64,000 nt of DNA, taken from positions 3,844,001 through 3,908,000 of the forward strand of contig NW_027361798.1 of the NCBI RefSeq assembly GCF_039654945.1, written 5' to 3'. Under the pieces are notes generated by a model, which had not been told where the DNA came from, did not search any database, and was given only the letters and a program-made list of their open reading frames with translations. The DNA comes from Dendrobates tinctorius (taxonomy: Eukaryota). Shown one piece after another: positions 41,091 to 55,369 of this stretch. The position numbers and the translations under genes are program-made. Position 1 is the stretch's first letter; each line of letters begins with the position of its first letter.

Positions 41091-42008
41091 AATCCATACT
41101 GTGCCTGACACCGTCTGAGCCTGCCTCCTGAGACATATATTTTGAATGTGTACGCTATCCATACATGTTATCCAGGGATACGGTACCCTTTCTAACCTTT
41201 GTGCAATGACGTGCAATCCATGCTGGGCCTAACACTGTCTGAGCCTGCCTCATGCTGTATAGACATATATTTTGAATGTGTACGCTATCCATACATGTTA
41301 TCCGGGGATACGGTACCCCTTCTAACCTTTGTGCAATGACGTGCAATCCATACTGGGCCTAACACCGTCTGAGCCTGCCTCATGCTGTATAGACATATAT
41401 TTTGAATGTGTACGCTATCCATACATGTTATCCGGGGATACGATACCCCTTCTAACCTTTGTGCAATGACGTGCAATCCATACTGGGCCTAACACCGTCT
41501 GAGCCTGCCTCATGCTGTATAGACATATATTTTGAATGTGTACGCTATCCATACATGTTATCCAGGGATACGGTACCCTTTCTAACCTTTGTGCAATCAC
41601 GTGCAATCCATACTGGGCCTAACACCATCTGAGCCTGCCTCTTGCTGTATAGACATATATTTTGAATGTGTACGCTATCCATACATGTTATCCGGGGATA
41701 CGGTACCCCTTCTAACCTTTGTGCAATGACGTGCAATCCATACTGGGCCTAACACCGTCTGAGCCTGCCTCATGCTGTATAGACATATATTTTGAATGTG
41801 TACGCTATCCATACATGTTATCCGGGGATACGGTACCCCTTCTAACCTTTGTGCAATGACGTGCAATCCATACTGGGCCTAACACCGTCTGAGCCTGCCT
41901 CATGCTGTATAGACATATATTTTGAATGTGTACGCTATCCATACATGTTATCCGGGGATACGGTACCCCTTCTAACCTTTGTGCAATGACGTGCAATCCA
42001 TACTGGGC
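41091..42008. repeat. 130-bp tandem array (about 7 units) of hAT-A copy 3
   Basis: Direct periodicity; the first unit is of the 124-bp type. Confidence 0.95.
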
Positions 42009-42854
42009 GTGAGAACGGCTGGCGAGCTGTTAAGCAAGCTACAGCACCTGTCCAGACAAGTACAGGGATTCCCTAGCGAGGAGACTTATTTGATTGTTTT
42101 CTATGTTGGGACAGCAATTTTTGGGGAGCTCTATACTCTGGAGAATGATAGCTGGGGCCCACCATACACTGGAACATTCCAAAGGTGGACATCAGACACT
42201 GGAGCAGCATTTACAGGGCCCATTATACACTAGAGCATTAGAAATGGGGCCCATTATGTTTGGAGCATTATTTGGGCCCATAAGACAGTGGAGCTTCATC
42301 CATGGGGACCAACATATACTGTAGCATTATGTGGAGCTCATCATATACTGTTTCAAACATTATATGGGACCAATGATTCTGTATGGAGAAATAGATGGGC
42401 CTCGTCATGAGATGTAAAAAGTGAGGTATTTTTCATTGTACTATACCGCTATTTCTCTGCCGTATCGGAGCATGATGAGTTGTGGTATGTGTTAAAGGGG
42501 CGCTCTTTCGCCCAGGGCACATGAAAACCTGCAGCCAGCCCTCCCCCCCCACAAATTTAGCCAAATAACCCCCATTTTTCAGTGCGTAACTTGTATTATG
42601 AAGTTAATTAAGGTTGACAAGCTTAAGTAAGAAGAATTGATGCTTTTGGCATTCAAATGGGCACTGTAGGTGTGTTTCCTGTCCTCCTCTCACTGCCGAC
42701 TTTTATTCCCCATTGACTTACATTGGGTTTCGTGTTTCGGGACGACCCCGACTTTTCCCTATAATCGGACGATCTTGCTCGACCCGACTTTTGGAAAAGT
42801 CGGGTTTCACAAAACGAAACGCGACCCTGAAAAACCAAAAGTCGCTCAACTCTA

Positions 42855-45468
42855 CCCTGCAGACATCTTTCCGGTGGGTGGGCAAATCTGGCGAAAAGAT
42901 GAGTATGTCATCCAGATAGACCACCACCGAGGTAGAAAGCATGTCACGGAAGACGTCGTTGACGAAATCCTGGAAGACAGCGGGCGCATTACAAAGGCCG
43001 AAGGGCATGACCAGATATTCATAATGGCCATCCCGAGTATTAAAAGCTGTCTTCCACTCGTCTCCCTCACGAATACGGATCAGGTTGTATGCCCCTCGTA
43101 GATCTAGCTTAGTAAAGAGTCGCGCCCCACGCAACCTGTCGAACAACTCGGAGATCAATGGGAGAAGGTACTTATTCTTTACCGTGATGGCATTGAGACC
43201 CCAGTAGTCGATGCAAGGGCGTAACTCTCTGCTCTTCTTCTGAACGAAGAAGAAGCCTGCCCCGGCCGGTGACACCGACTTCCTGATAAAGCCCCGTGCC
43301 AGGTTCTCCCGGATGTATTGGGACATTGCCTCCGTCTCCGGGAGAGATAATGGGTAAACACAACCTCGAGGAGTTTCTGTGCCTGGCAGGAGGTCAATCG
43401 GGCAGTCATAGAGACGGTGCGGCGGGAGTGTCTCCGCGGACTTCTTAGAGAAGACGTCCGCATATTGATGGTAAGGTTCAGGGAGCGTGGAGAGGTTTGT
43501 AGGCAGCTCCGTAGACGCTACCTGAAGACTGTCCCTGAGACACCTACCCTCGCAGTCCTTGCTCCAGCCCAATATTCTCCCCGAAGCCCAATCAATGTGA
43601 GGGGAGTGACATCGAAGCCAGGGAACCCCAAGGAGCACCTGATCGATGCCATGAGGCATAATAAGCAAGGACAGGGTCTCCGGATGTGAGGGGGACATGG
43701 CGAGACCGAGTGGGACCGTCTGATGGGTCACTCGAGACGGCAATGGTGCCCCATCCACCACCCTGATGGTCAGAGGTTGTGGGAGTAATACCAGAGGGAT
43801 AGTGTGACTCTGGGCAAAACTCGAGGACATAAAGTTCCCCTTGGCCCCGGAATCCAGAGTGACCTCTGCCTCCCAGGTGGAGGAGCCATTATCTAGGGTA
43901 CCCCGGAATACCGGCTTAGGTGAAAAGGACTCCATCTGGGACTGGCCACCACCTACAACCATGGAACGGGGTCGTCCCTTCGGCCGTTGAGGACATGTGC
44001 CAGCCGTGTGGCCAAAGTGTTGGCAGTGGTAACAGCGCACGGAGCCCCGCACCTGACGTGACTTAGTGCCGGTGCGAGATACCTCCATGGGCTCGGTGGA
44101 GGGAGACTCCTGTGCGGAATGGCTCAGCGGTTCGGTAAAGGTGGGAGCCAGGTTAATTTTACGTCGGGATTGAGTCCTCTCCAACCCGCGCTCCGTGAAC
44201 CGGAGATCAATACGGGTGGAGACGGCGATCAATTCCTCCAGAGATGTGGGAATATCTCGGGTAGCTAGAGCATCCTTGATGTGATCAGCTAGGCTTCTCC
44301 AGAACACTGGGACTAATACTTTGTCCGGCCACTCCAGTTCGGAAGCCAATGTCCGAAACCGGACAGCATAATGGCTAACCGAGAGTGACCCTTGTGTTAA
44401 GGACAACAGGTCGAGAGCCGTATCGTGCGTGACCCGTGGTCCTAAGAAGACCTGCTTCAGAGCCGCAAGGAACTGAGCAGGCCCCTGAACCACAGGATCA
44501 TCACGTTCCCACAATGGCGTGGCCCACTGCAATGCCCGGCCAGACAATAAGGAGACAATGAAGCCCACCTTAGCCCGCTCTGTAGGAAACCGTGCAGCCA
44601 GCAACTCCAGGTGAATGGAGCACTGACTGACGAATCCCCTACAGGTGGCGCTTTCACCCGAAAACTTATCGGGGAGCGGGAGGGAAGAGATTGTCGGCGA
44701 GGGCAAGAGTGTGGGTACACGTGAGACGGCCTCAGCGACCGTCTGGGCGGCAGCTAGCGCAGCATTCGCAGCTGAGTTGGTGCTCTCGATAGCCGCCAAC
44801 CTGCTCTCCAGCTGCCGAATGTAGCGCTGCAGCTGCTGCACGTCTGCCATTGCCAGCCAGACCCTGGCGCTAGTGTAATGTTATGGTCGTTGGAACGCAC
44901 CAGATATAAAATAATAAGAGGTGCGTTCGCCGCCCGGGGTCCACCGTGCGGTAGTTGGTAAGACCGCTGCTGGGCAATGGCAGATGCACCAGAAGGTGAA
45001 GTAGTGCGCACGGGTTAATGTCACCCGAACGCTAGGAGCGGCTCTGTTCAGACACAGAGTCGCTTGCCAGAAATAAATACAAAGGTGCTGGCCCTGTTAT
45101 CGTCACAGGAGTCAGCGTGTGGCGTCGCAGCCGCGAACACCAATAGCTGCTGTTAATGCAGCGCAGCGGCAACTATAGCCGCAAGCGTCGGCGCCGAGGA
45201 CCGGGCACCGACGGACGCTAGTGTAGGCGAAGCAGCACTGTGGCGTAGCTTGCCTCTACCTGGTGCTGACCTAAGAACACTCTCTGTCACCAATCGTATT
45301 ATCCGAGGGAAGGGGTTTCATAATGAGTCAGCCAACAGTCCATGCATCCGTCACCATTCACACAAATAGCAAGATAAGTCTACACTAGCGCATCGCCGAG
45401 CCGCCCTGCGGGCTTTTTATAGCGATGCGCTTCCGGAACCTTCCATTAGCTTGGGAAGGACCAATCAG
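42855..45468 (-). mobile_element. Sushi-like Gypsy, 5' portion: partial 5' LTR (44879-45468), self-priming site, open gag-PR-RT ORF (44850-42855) cut by hAT
   Basis: LPDKFSG gag, PMEV, CCHC knuckle, LDSGA protease and YLDD motifs; LTR end TAACA. Confidence 0.93.
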
Positions 45469-46147
45469 AGCAGCTGGCGTTACTGAACCCCACTAACAAA
45501 GGAACTAGTGTTTTTCTCTGTGCAGATGGCAGTGTTGGAGCCCAGGGTCAATCATGGAGTAGGCTGAGGCCTACTTGGAGCAAGTGTAAAATCTGATGTA
45601 GTTTGAATGTGGAGGGAGCAGGAGATATTGCCGGACACACAGCAGGGGAGCAGCTGGCGTTATTGAACCCCACTAACACTGGAGCATGTGTTTTTCTCTG
45701 TGCAGACGGCACTTCTGAGCAACAACTGGCAGTGTTGGAGCCTAGGGTCAATCATGGAGTAGGCTGAGGCCTACTTGGAGCAAGTGTAAAATCTGATGTA
45801 GTTTGAATGTGGAGGGAGCAGGAGATATTGCCGGACACACAGCAGGGGAGCAGCTGGCGTTATTGAACCCCACTAACACTGGAGCATGTGTTTTTCTCTG
45901 TGCAGACGGCACTTCTGAGCAACAACTGGCAGTGTTGGAGCCCAGGGTCAATCATGGAGTAGGCTGAGGCCTACTTGGAGCAAGTGTAAAATCTGATGTA
46001 GTTTGAATGCGGAGGGAGCAGGAGATATTGCCGCATACAAAGCAGGGGAGCAGCTGACGTTGCTGAACCCCACTAACACAGGAGCGAGTGTTTTTCTCTG
46101 TGCAGACGGCACTTCTGAGCAACAACTGGCGGTGTTGGAGCCCAGGG
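45469..46147. repeat. 200-bp tandem array (about 3.4 units) downstream of the hAT-B transposase
   Basis: Identical spurious ORFs at 45548 and 45748. Confidence 0.93.
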
Positions 46148-46213
46148 ATTACAGTTCAGGTGGTTGAAACATGAACACAACAGGACACCTGGATACTGTT
46201 GCCAACTAATTAT

Positions 46214-49200
46214 TTATTCTGGAAGAGGACTGGCAAATTCCGGTGAGATCCAGGCCTTGTTCATTTTCAGAAAAGTAAGCCGGTCAACGTTATCGAAGGA
46301 TAGTCGCGTGCGACGGTCTGTTAGTACAGCACCTGCTGCACTAAAGACGCGTTTCGATAATACACTGGCAGCAGGGAAAGCCAGCACCTCCAATGCATAC
46401 TGGCTAAGCTCTGGCCATGTATCCAGCTTAGAGACCCAAAAATTGACGGGGGAAGAGCCGTCTGGGAGTACACTGAGAGGTCAAGACATGTAGTCTGTCA
46501 CCATCTGACGGAAACGTTGCCTCCTGCTGACTGGAGCCATCTGTGATGGTGTAGACATTTGTGGCGGGCACTCAAAACTTTGACTCATTTGGGCCATACT
46601 GGTCTTGCCTTGTGCTGCGGCGCTGCCTCTGCTCCCTCTGTGCAGAGCTTCCTCCACTGCCTCGATGCACAGAGCTGCTTTGTAAAGCACTAGCAGCAGT
46701 GCTGTTGGTTGGAATGGAGAACATGATGGACTGCACCAGTGTGTCTTGGTACATTTTACGCTCCCAGTTCAACCGTGAGGCTTTGTAAGTTGTCCCGGTA
46801 GCGAGGATCTAGGAGTGTGTACACCCAATAATCAGCTGTGTTGAGAATATGGGCGATGCGGCGGTCGTTTTTCAGGCACTGCAGCATGAAGTCAACCATG
46901 TGCTGCAGACTCCCAACTGCCCAAGAACCGCTGTCCCCTGCTTGAGTCTTCATCTCTGCCTGCTCTGCATCACCCCACCGTCGCTGTACATACTGACTAG
47001 AGCTTTGTGTACCTCCCTCCTGTGGAGAGATGTCTTCCTCCTCCATCGACTCCTCCTCATCCTCCTCACAAAGTGTCCCCTGCCTAGGCCTTTGTGAGGA
47101 AGCACGTAGTGCAGACTGTCCAGAAGCAGATGGCATTTGAGACTCCTCATCCTCCACCTCTTCCAGAACCTCCTCCCTTACTGCTTGCAGTGTTTTTTGA
47201 AGCAGGCAGATAAGGGGGACAGTCATGCTGACTAGTGCATCATCTGCACTCGCCATCCGCGTGGAATCATCGAAGGCACGCAAAACGAGGCAGATGTCCT
47301 TCATAGAGGCCCACTCAGTGGTGCTGAAGTGTGACCGGTGCACAGTGCGACTTGTTTGCGCCTGATGCAGCTGGTACTCCATGACTGCTGCCTGCTGCTC
47401 ACACAACCGCTCCAACATAAGTAACATAGAATTCCACCTGGTGGGTAGGTCACATATGATGTGATGTTCCGGAAGGCGTAATTGGCGCTGCAGAGCAGCA
47501 AGGCGCGATCTTGCCATGCTGGAACGACGCAAGTGAGCGCACTCTATGCGGACCTTGTGCAGCAGTGCATCAAGATCCGGATAGTCCCTCAGAAAACTCT
47601 GCACGACCAAGCTGAGCACATGTGCCAGACATGGGATGTGAGTGAGGTTGCCTAGGCCCAGAGCTGCCACCAGATTTCGGCCATTGTCACACACTACCCA
47701 GCCTGGCTGGAGATTCGCTGGCACAAACCATACGTCGCTCTCCTGCTTGATGGCATTCCAGAGCTCCTGCGCTGTGTGGCTTCAATTCCCCAATGAAATT
47801 AATTTCAGTACGGCCTGTTGACGTTTGGCCACGGCTGTGCTCATATCGGTCGTAACAGGCTCCTGCTGCGCTGTTTCAGAGGAACTTGAGTAGGAGGAGG
47901 AGTCTATGTGTACAGACTGGATTCCTGCAATCCGTGGAGTTGGCAGAACACGTACAGCGCCACTCTCCAGATCTGTACCCGGCTCCACAACATTGACCCA
48001 ATGGGCAGTGAGGGAAAGGTCTCGTCCCTGTCCATGGTTACTGGTCCACGCATCGGTGGTCAGGTGGACCTTGCTACTGACGGCGTTTAGTAGCGCATGT
48101 TTTATTTTTCCCTCCACATGTTTTTGCAGGGCAGGGACGGCTTGCCTGCTGAAATAAAAGCGGCTGGGCACAGTGTATTGTGGGAAAGCCAATGCCATGA
48201 AGTTCCGGAAGGTGTCAGTCTCCACCAGCCTGAATGAGAGCATTTCAAGGGCCAGTAGTTTGGCAATGCTAGCATTCAGAGCCTGTGCTCGGGGATGGTT
48301 TGCCGAGTATGGCCGCCTTTTCTCCCATGCCTGTGCTACCGATGGCTGTAGAGTGGCCTGGGAGTGTGAGGATGACAGGGAACGTGGTGCTGTGGGTGGA
48401 ATGTCACAGGGTCTCCGGACAACAGTGCCAGAGGTTCTTCCTTGGCGATCCTGTGAGGAAGCCGAACCAGCTGTGTGTGAGCTGGAGGAAGAGGCCCCAA
48501 CATGAGCTGAAGAGGTGGTAGGTGGTGCTGTACGTTGGCCTACGTCTTCAGTGTGTCTGTGTAACTCCAGCTCGTGCTTGGTCCGCACATGTTTCCACAT
48601 ATTTGTGGTATTGAGGTTGCTGACACTTTTCCCTCTTTTGACTTTCTGATGACACAGCTTGCATTTGACAAAGCAAATGTCATCAACAACTGTGTCAAAA
48701 AAGGACCACGCACTGCAAGTCTTGGGAGCGCCCGTTTTGGGTTTTGGAAGAGGAATGCTCCTAACGGGTGCCAAAGTGGAGGCTACAGGCAACCAAGTCT
48801 GCCCCCTCCTGTTTTGGCCGTTCGGGGAATCTCTTCCTCAGAGCTGCTCCCACCACCTTCCTGTTCCTCACGCCATGATGGGTCAAGGACCTCATCATCT
48901 ACACTCCCCTCTTCAAACACCTGCTTCTCCTGGGTAGTCTCGGCAGCACCGTACGCAACAGAAAGTGGCACCTGAGTCTTATCATCATCTGATGCGTACT
49001 GAGGTGTGCTGACCATAGGCACTGGCCCACCCGCCTCTTCAGATTCAGAGGGACAAAGCAGTTGCGCATCACTGCATACTCCCTCTTCTTCACGCTCTAG
49101 AATGCTGCTTGGCTGGCCACCTCTTTCCAAGCCAACAGATTCTGAGAACAGAAGTAAAGATTGAAATGGCTCCTGTCCAGGGCTCTCTGACTGCCTGGGC

Positions 49201-49517
49201 AATTTGGCAGGTGGTGAAGAGACAGATGGTTGCTCTTCGGTGCTCTGGCCCTGAGAGGATGTGGAAGTCATTGAATTCAATGCATTAGCTGCCATCCATC
49301 CGACAACTGCTTCAGTTTGTTCGTCACGCAGCAGTGGGGTATGGCGAGGTCCTAAAAAGCTACGCATAAAGGACTGTTGCCTGCTAAAACTGGGGGATGC
49401 CGGGTCACTGGTGGCCGCAGCAGGCACAGAATCCCCACGTCCTCTCCCTGCTGAATCCCCCCGTCCTCTCCCTGCTGAAACTCCACGACCACGTGCCTTA
49501 CTCCCTGCCTTCTTCAT
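46214..49517 (-). pseudogene. hAT-B transposase (BED finger plus DDE), several stops and frameshifts
   Basis: WSFF..CKLC..HVRTKH, LTTDAW, VCDNG, CLAH and RWNS motifs; C-terminal ...KMNKAW. Confidence 0.9.
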
Positions 49518-49874
49518 CTTGGTAGACTGATAAAGACAGGCAGAAAAGTACAAAGGGGGGCTTTAGTGTGCTTATTCCTGAACAGCTGCTTACAGGTATA
49601 AGAAACACTAATTTTATAAAGTGTGTGTGTCGACTACACTTTAATGGGAGCTAATGTGGCCTACACAACTGTCAAGTGGAGTGTTTGGTGAACTTTATTT
49701 ACGTGTTTTTTTTTTTTTTTAAAAAACAAAAAGAATGTGACCAAAGATTTAAAAAAGTGAGAGTATCTCTAACTTTTTGGAGCTATTACAATGCAGGAAG
49801 GTAACCTTCAATGCAAAAGATGAGGCTCCAAAAAATAGGCTAATACTAATCTGGCTGCGGCTGCAGGGCACAAG

Positions 49875-50385
49875 CCAACAGAAAGGCTCCTCTATCTACT
49901 CCTATATAGTGTTTGCAACCAACCAATGTAGATGGATACGGATGGAAGCACACTAACAGGAGAAAAAAATCAGGAAAAATGAGCTGCAATAAAACAATGA
50001 AAGGACTATGTATGAGGCAGTGATGCACGCTGAGCGGACTACAACCAGAGGTGGCTGCAGAACACACTACAACGTGAGCTGCACTCACACAGAGACCTCA
50101 CAGACAGCCGTGAACAGTGCAGAGAACTGGGCACTAGCACTGACAGGCTGCAGAAAGGCTCCGCTGTCTACTCCTATAGTGTTTGCAACCAATGTAGATG
50201 GATACGGATGGATCCACACTAATAGGAGAAATCAGGAAAAATGAGCAGCAATAAAAAAAAAAACATGTACAGTATGAGGCAGTGACGCACGCTGAGCGGC
50301 CTACAACCAGAGGTGGCTGCAGAACACACTACACCGTGAGCTGCACTCACACAGACCTTGCATACAGCTGTGAACAGCGCTGCAA
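49875..50385. repeat. Two diverged direct repeats of about 270 bp in the hAT-B 5' region
   Basis: AGAAAGGCTCC...GTGAACAG occurs twice. Confidence 0.75.
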
Positions 50386-50914
50386 GGCAAAAGAAAGCTA
50401 CACTGATTGCAAAAGTAGCCTGGGTAAAGCACAATATAGCAAATCGCTATTTCTAACTGTCCCTCAGAGTCTTGATCAGCAGCCTGTCCCTAACTGAATT
50501 CACAGCAGAGTGAACCCTAAATGGGGGGCGGCTTTTATAGTGCATCATGACATCATTTCAGCAGCCAATCACAGCCATGCCAATAGTTAACATGCCTACA
50601 TGCCTAACAGGATGTGCCCACACTTCTGAGGATTCCCATTGGCTGAATCAAAGCGAGCGGGCTGATAGCATTATGGGAACTTCCGATTCCAGTACTCGAT
50701 ATGCTAAAAGTATCGGTACTCAGTATCGGAATTACAATACTGCGAATATCGGCCGATACCCGATACTTGCGGTATCGGAATGCTCAACACTAGTCTCTGT
50801 ACAATCACCGGGCTGGATCCTCTGTTGGCGCCGATCCCACCACAGAGCCGATAATCCCAGCCTTGCTTGGTTACCTGAAGCATTATGCGCGTTGTGCCGG
50901 GGTTAGGGTTAGTG

Positions 50915-51140
50915 GTTGGCACAGTGGGAATAATCCTCAATTAGTGCTTTACAGAATTATTATCCTCTTTTAGTGCTTGGCACAGTGGGTAAAAATCCTC
51001 TGCTATTAGTACTTGGCTCAATGGGTATAATGCTCTATTAGTGTCTGGCACAGTGAATATAATCCTCTGTATATCTCTCTAGTGGGTGACTCAGTGGATA
51101 TAATTCCTGCTATAGCAGTTGGCACAGTGGGTATATTCCT
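50915..51140. repeat. Degenerate 32-bp minisatellite units downstream of H4 copy 3
   Basis: Variants of GGCACAGTGGGTATAATCCTC. Confidence 0.8.
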
Positions 51141-51701
51141 GTATATGATAATTTGCTCCGGGATTTAGATCCGGTGATTGGTGCAAAGTGTGATGTGGGC
51201 AGATGTTCTCCTGATCACAGGCAGAGCGACCCTGTATTCCTGCACCGTCCCTCCCTGCCCATGTGGTGGCGCAGAAACACAGACAGCCCCTCTCATCGCA
51301 TGTAGGTATCCTGTTGATACCCCAATCCTGAGCCGCTGCTCAGGAGCGTTCACACCGGCGTCCATTCATCAGTGCAGCCGCATTCCACTCCTCGCAGCCA
51401 TCCTACAACCCACAGGATCTCAGCAGCAGGAGACGTGGCACAACCACATTTATTACCAGCACTCGGATTTCTGCTCTGTAGTAACTGCAGCATCATAGGA
51501 GGTGACTGTGCGGCCGATCGATTCCCCCATACACCCGGATCATCTGTGCCCCACCTCACACTGAGACTACTCACTGGATCAGCTCCAGAAGAGAGAACGT
51601 CTCCCCCCAATGCGCAACGTCACAAGCCGGTCCCGGCGATCACACCAGCAGCGACCGCTAGACCCCAGCGGGAATTGCAGCCTCTCACGTGAGATGTGGG
51701 C

Positions 51702-51717
51702 GGCTCTGAGAAGAGCC
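51702..51717 (-). terminator. Histone 3' stem-loop of H4 copy 3
   Basis: Reverse complement reads GGCTCTTCTCAGAGCC. Confidence 0.95.
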
Positions 51718-51749
51718 TTTGGGTTGTCAGGACAGAGACGAGAATACAA

Positions 51750-52064
<315 letters not shown>

Positions 52065-52415
52065 TCAGAAAATCTTCAGACGACTGTGAAGGGTCAGCGC
52101 TGAGTCCTCCTTTATATGGAGGCTAGGCGGACCGGAGTGAGAACTGCACAGTGATGACGCGATACCGGAGATGTTTGTTTTCCTGAATTGCCATTTTCAG
52201 CCCCTCCCCTTTCTCGCTGATTGGCTGAGCACAGGACAGTTGGTGATGTGAATTTCCCGCTTCTCTGTATTATGCTAACAAGAAAATTCCGCAAACCTCG
52301 TCCTGTCAGCGCCGCTGGAGGAACGAGAAATTACTGACAATGTGAGATTCCGGCCTGGAAATAATCCAATCTCTGGGAGATCATCATTCAGACGCCTCCA
52401 CCTGACCTGAGAGCT

Positions 52416-52887
52416 ATGAGTGCCTGGCATAGTGGGTATAATCCTCTGGTATTAGTGCTTGGCACAGTGGGTATAATCCCCCATTAGTGCTTGGCACAGT
52501 GGGTATAATCCTCTGGTATTAGTGCTTGGCACAGAGGGTATAATCCTCTGGTATTAGTGCTTGGCACAGAGGGTATAATCCTCTGGTATTAGTGCTTGGC
52601 ACAGTGGGTATAATCCCCCATTAGTGCTTGGCACAGTGGGTATAATCCTCTGGTATTAGTGCTTGGCACAGTGGGTATAATCCCCCATTAGTGCTTGGCA
52701 CAGTGGGTATAATCCTCTGGTATTAGTGCTTGGCACAGAGGGTATAATCCTCTGTTAGTGTCTGGCACAGTGAATGTAATCGTCTGGGATCAGTGCTTGA
52801 GACAGTGGGTATAATCTGCTATTAGTACTTGGCACTGTGGGTATAATCCTTTTTTAGTGCCTTCTAGCACAGTGGGAATAATAATAA
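52416..52887. repeat. 32/34-bp minisatellite upstream of H4 copy 3 (resumes at 61451-61485)
   Basis: ATTAGTGCTTGGCACAGTGGGTATAATCCTCT units. Confidence 0.95.
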
Positions 52888-53229
52888 GGCTGGAGTCACA
52901 CTAACCTGCGCAAAATACGCTCCGTATTTTACATGCGTAATACGGATGAATCACCACTAAATAGTGCTCCGTAGGTCATCCGTAAGCAAGGTGAGGTCGC
53001 GTATTTTGCGCATGTGTGTATCCGTATGTAATCCGTATGTAATCCGTATGGCGAGATTTTCTTGCAGCCTTGCAAAATGGACATTTAACGGTTTTGAGGC
53101 CTGCAAACAATTTAAATCATTAGCCTGCACCCTATTTAGACACTCAGGAACAGGTGGCTGCCTCCATTCTGTCCATTTGTCACCTTGCTTTCACGAGGTG
53201 TGTTGGTGTTCTTTGTGCAGCATAGCAGA

Positions 53230-54737
53230 GGGTCTGACATTCAATACAACTGAGCAGGTTCTCTTTACCCGGCTTTTGTCACGGCGCTTTGGCCAACCAT
53301 ATCCTGTGATAGTGGATCCGCGGAGGAGGAGACTCATGTGGGTCCATCCACTTTTGAGGCAACGACTCATAAGAGGTCATTTTCACCGCCTCTATTCTTC
53401 TCTGCGGGAGCATCCGGAGAAATTTTACCAGTACTGTCGAATGAGCATTTCCACATTTGATCGACTCTTGGAGACAGTGCGCCCTGGGATCACCTTTCAG
53501 GACACAAGGATGCGCAAAGCCATATCTGCAGAGGAGCGACTTCTACTCACAATACGGTATGTACTGCACAACCACATTCTCTGTGTTCATAATGTGTGTG
53601 TTAATTTATGTTTTTTGGCCTTCTTGGACAAAGTTTCATACCCTCATCTTACTCAAAATATGTTTCACCTGACACAGCAGAATGTTACATCTAATATGTC
53701 CTGCATATCACTTAGTCATTGTGCCACCAAATATGTGTGTGTTGTTCTCTCTCATTTCCTACCAAGTTTGGTCGGCATGTAACTGATTTTTTTTTACTTT
53801 AGCCATTCTAAACTGTACTATTTCTGTTGTTCTACAGCTTCCTGTCCACTGGCCTGTCTTATGTCGCCCTCCACCATGAGTTTCTCATTGGAAAGTCCAC
53901 CATTTCAGGCATAGTGAGGTCTACATGTGCAGAAATCTGGACAAGACTCCATCAGGTGGTCATGCCCGAGCCCAGGATGGAAGACTGGTTAAGGATTTCA
54001 AGGGACTTTGAGGAGGACTGCCAGTTTCCAAATTGTATTGGGGCCCTGGATGGCAAACATATCAGGGTGCGCAAGCCGCCGAACTCTGGCTCCCAATTCT
54101 TCAATTATAAACAATACTTTTCTGTTGTATTGTTGGCTCTGGTAGACCCTCAATACAAGTTTATAGTTGTTGACATTGGGGCCTATGGAAGGACGGGAGA
54201 CTCTAGAGTCTTCAATACTTCATAATGGGTCGGCGGCTACGCACCAACCAGTTGGATCTACCACCACCACGCCAGCTACCAGGCTCCCCCGAACAATCAG
54301 TCCCTTATGTCCTTGTGGCAGATGAGGCCTTTCAGTTATCACGCAATGTCATGAGGCCATATCCCCGGCACAACCTTGACCACAGGCGCAGAATTTTTAA
54401 CTTGCGCCTATCACGTGCTAGGCGACTGGTGGAGTGTTCCTTTGGCATTCTTTGTGCCAAATGGCGGGTACTCCAGTCTGCCATTCAGTTGAGTGAGCAA
54501 AATGTGAATGAAGTTGTGAAAGCCTGTGTGGTTCTTCATAACTTCACCAGGATACATGATTGCTCCTCCTCTGCTGGTGTTGTTCGTAGGCCGGACAATG
54601 CGCGCAGGGTGAGACCACCTATCAACCCTCAACGTAGACCGCTCTCTGGCCTCAAAGTGCGTGATATATTCACGAATTACTTTATATCACCTGAGGGGGC
54701 AACTTCTTGGCAAGAGCATGCTGTGTCTATGGTCTAA
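53230..54737 (+). pseudogene. Harbinger (HARBI1-like) DDE transposase; intron 53557-53837, frameshift at about 54222, start uncertain
   Basis: MWVHP, RMS..TF, spliced LTIR/FLSTG, GALDGKH, ADEAF and RRLVECSFG motifs. Confidence 0.88.
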
Positions 54738-55369
54738 TTTGTTGCTTTAAGTGTGTCTAAATATATATTACTCAAGCCTTAATGATTCTATGAGTGTTTC
54801 ATTGCATTGGTTGGTGTCTGTTAGTATGTTGTGAGTAGTGTTGAGCATTCCGATACCTCAAGTATCGGGTATCGGCCGATACTTGCTGTATCGGAATTCC
54901 GATACCGACTTCCGATATTTTTTCAATATCGGAATTCGGCATCGGAATCGGAAGTTCAGTTGATTGACGGCCTGACGTCATCATGATGCGCGGTGTGTGC
55001 GCATCATGATGCGCCGTCATTTCGGGCCTTCCGGGGGTCTCTGCCGGCCTGCCGGGGGGCTGTGCCGGCCTGCCGGGGGGCTGTGTGGACTGCCCGGGGT
55101 CTGTACCGGCCTGCCGGGGGGCTGTGCCGGCCTGCCGGTGGTCTGTGCACCCTGTGGGGGTCTGTACCGGCCTGCCGGGGGGCTGTGCCGGCCTGCCGGG
55201 GGGCTGTGCTGATGTCCGGAGGTCTGTGCAAGCATCGTCCGATGGGACTACAAGTCCCATCGGGCGATGCCTGCTACCATGACAGTGATTGACACATTAG
55301 CCAATGATGGGACAGTAGTAGTCCCATCATCCGGCTAATGTGTTAAATGTTAAAAAAAAAAAAAAAAAA

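Larger units (their letters stand above)
45469..50792 (-). mobile_element. hAT family B element with 5' TIR; 3' end lost
   Basis: TIR TAGTGTTGAGCATTCCGATACC at 50792; CCGATAC subterminal repeats; TATA and CCAAT at about 50530-50645. Confidence 0.9.

Noticed and set aside
42718-42854. C-terminal extension of the Gypsy polyprotein
   Set aside because: Read-through into the hAT terminal sequence.
50898-50915. Telomere-like GGTTAGGGTTAG
   Set aside because: Only two units; too short to call an interstitial telomere.
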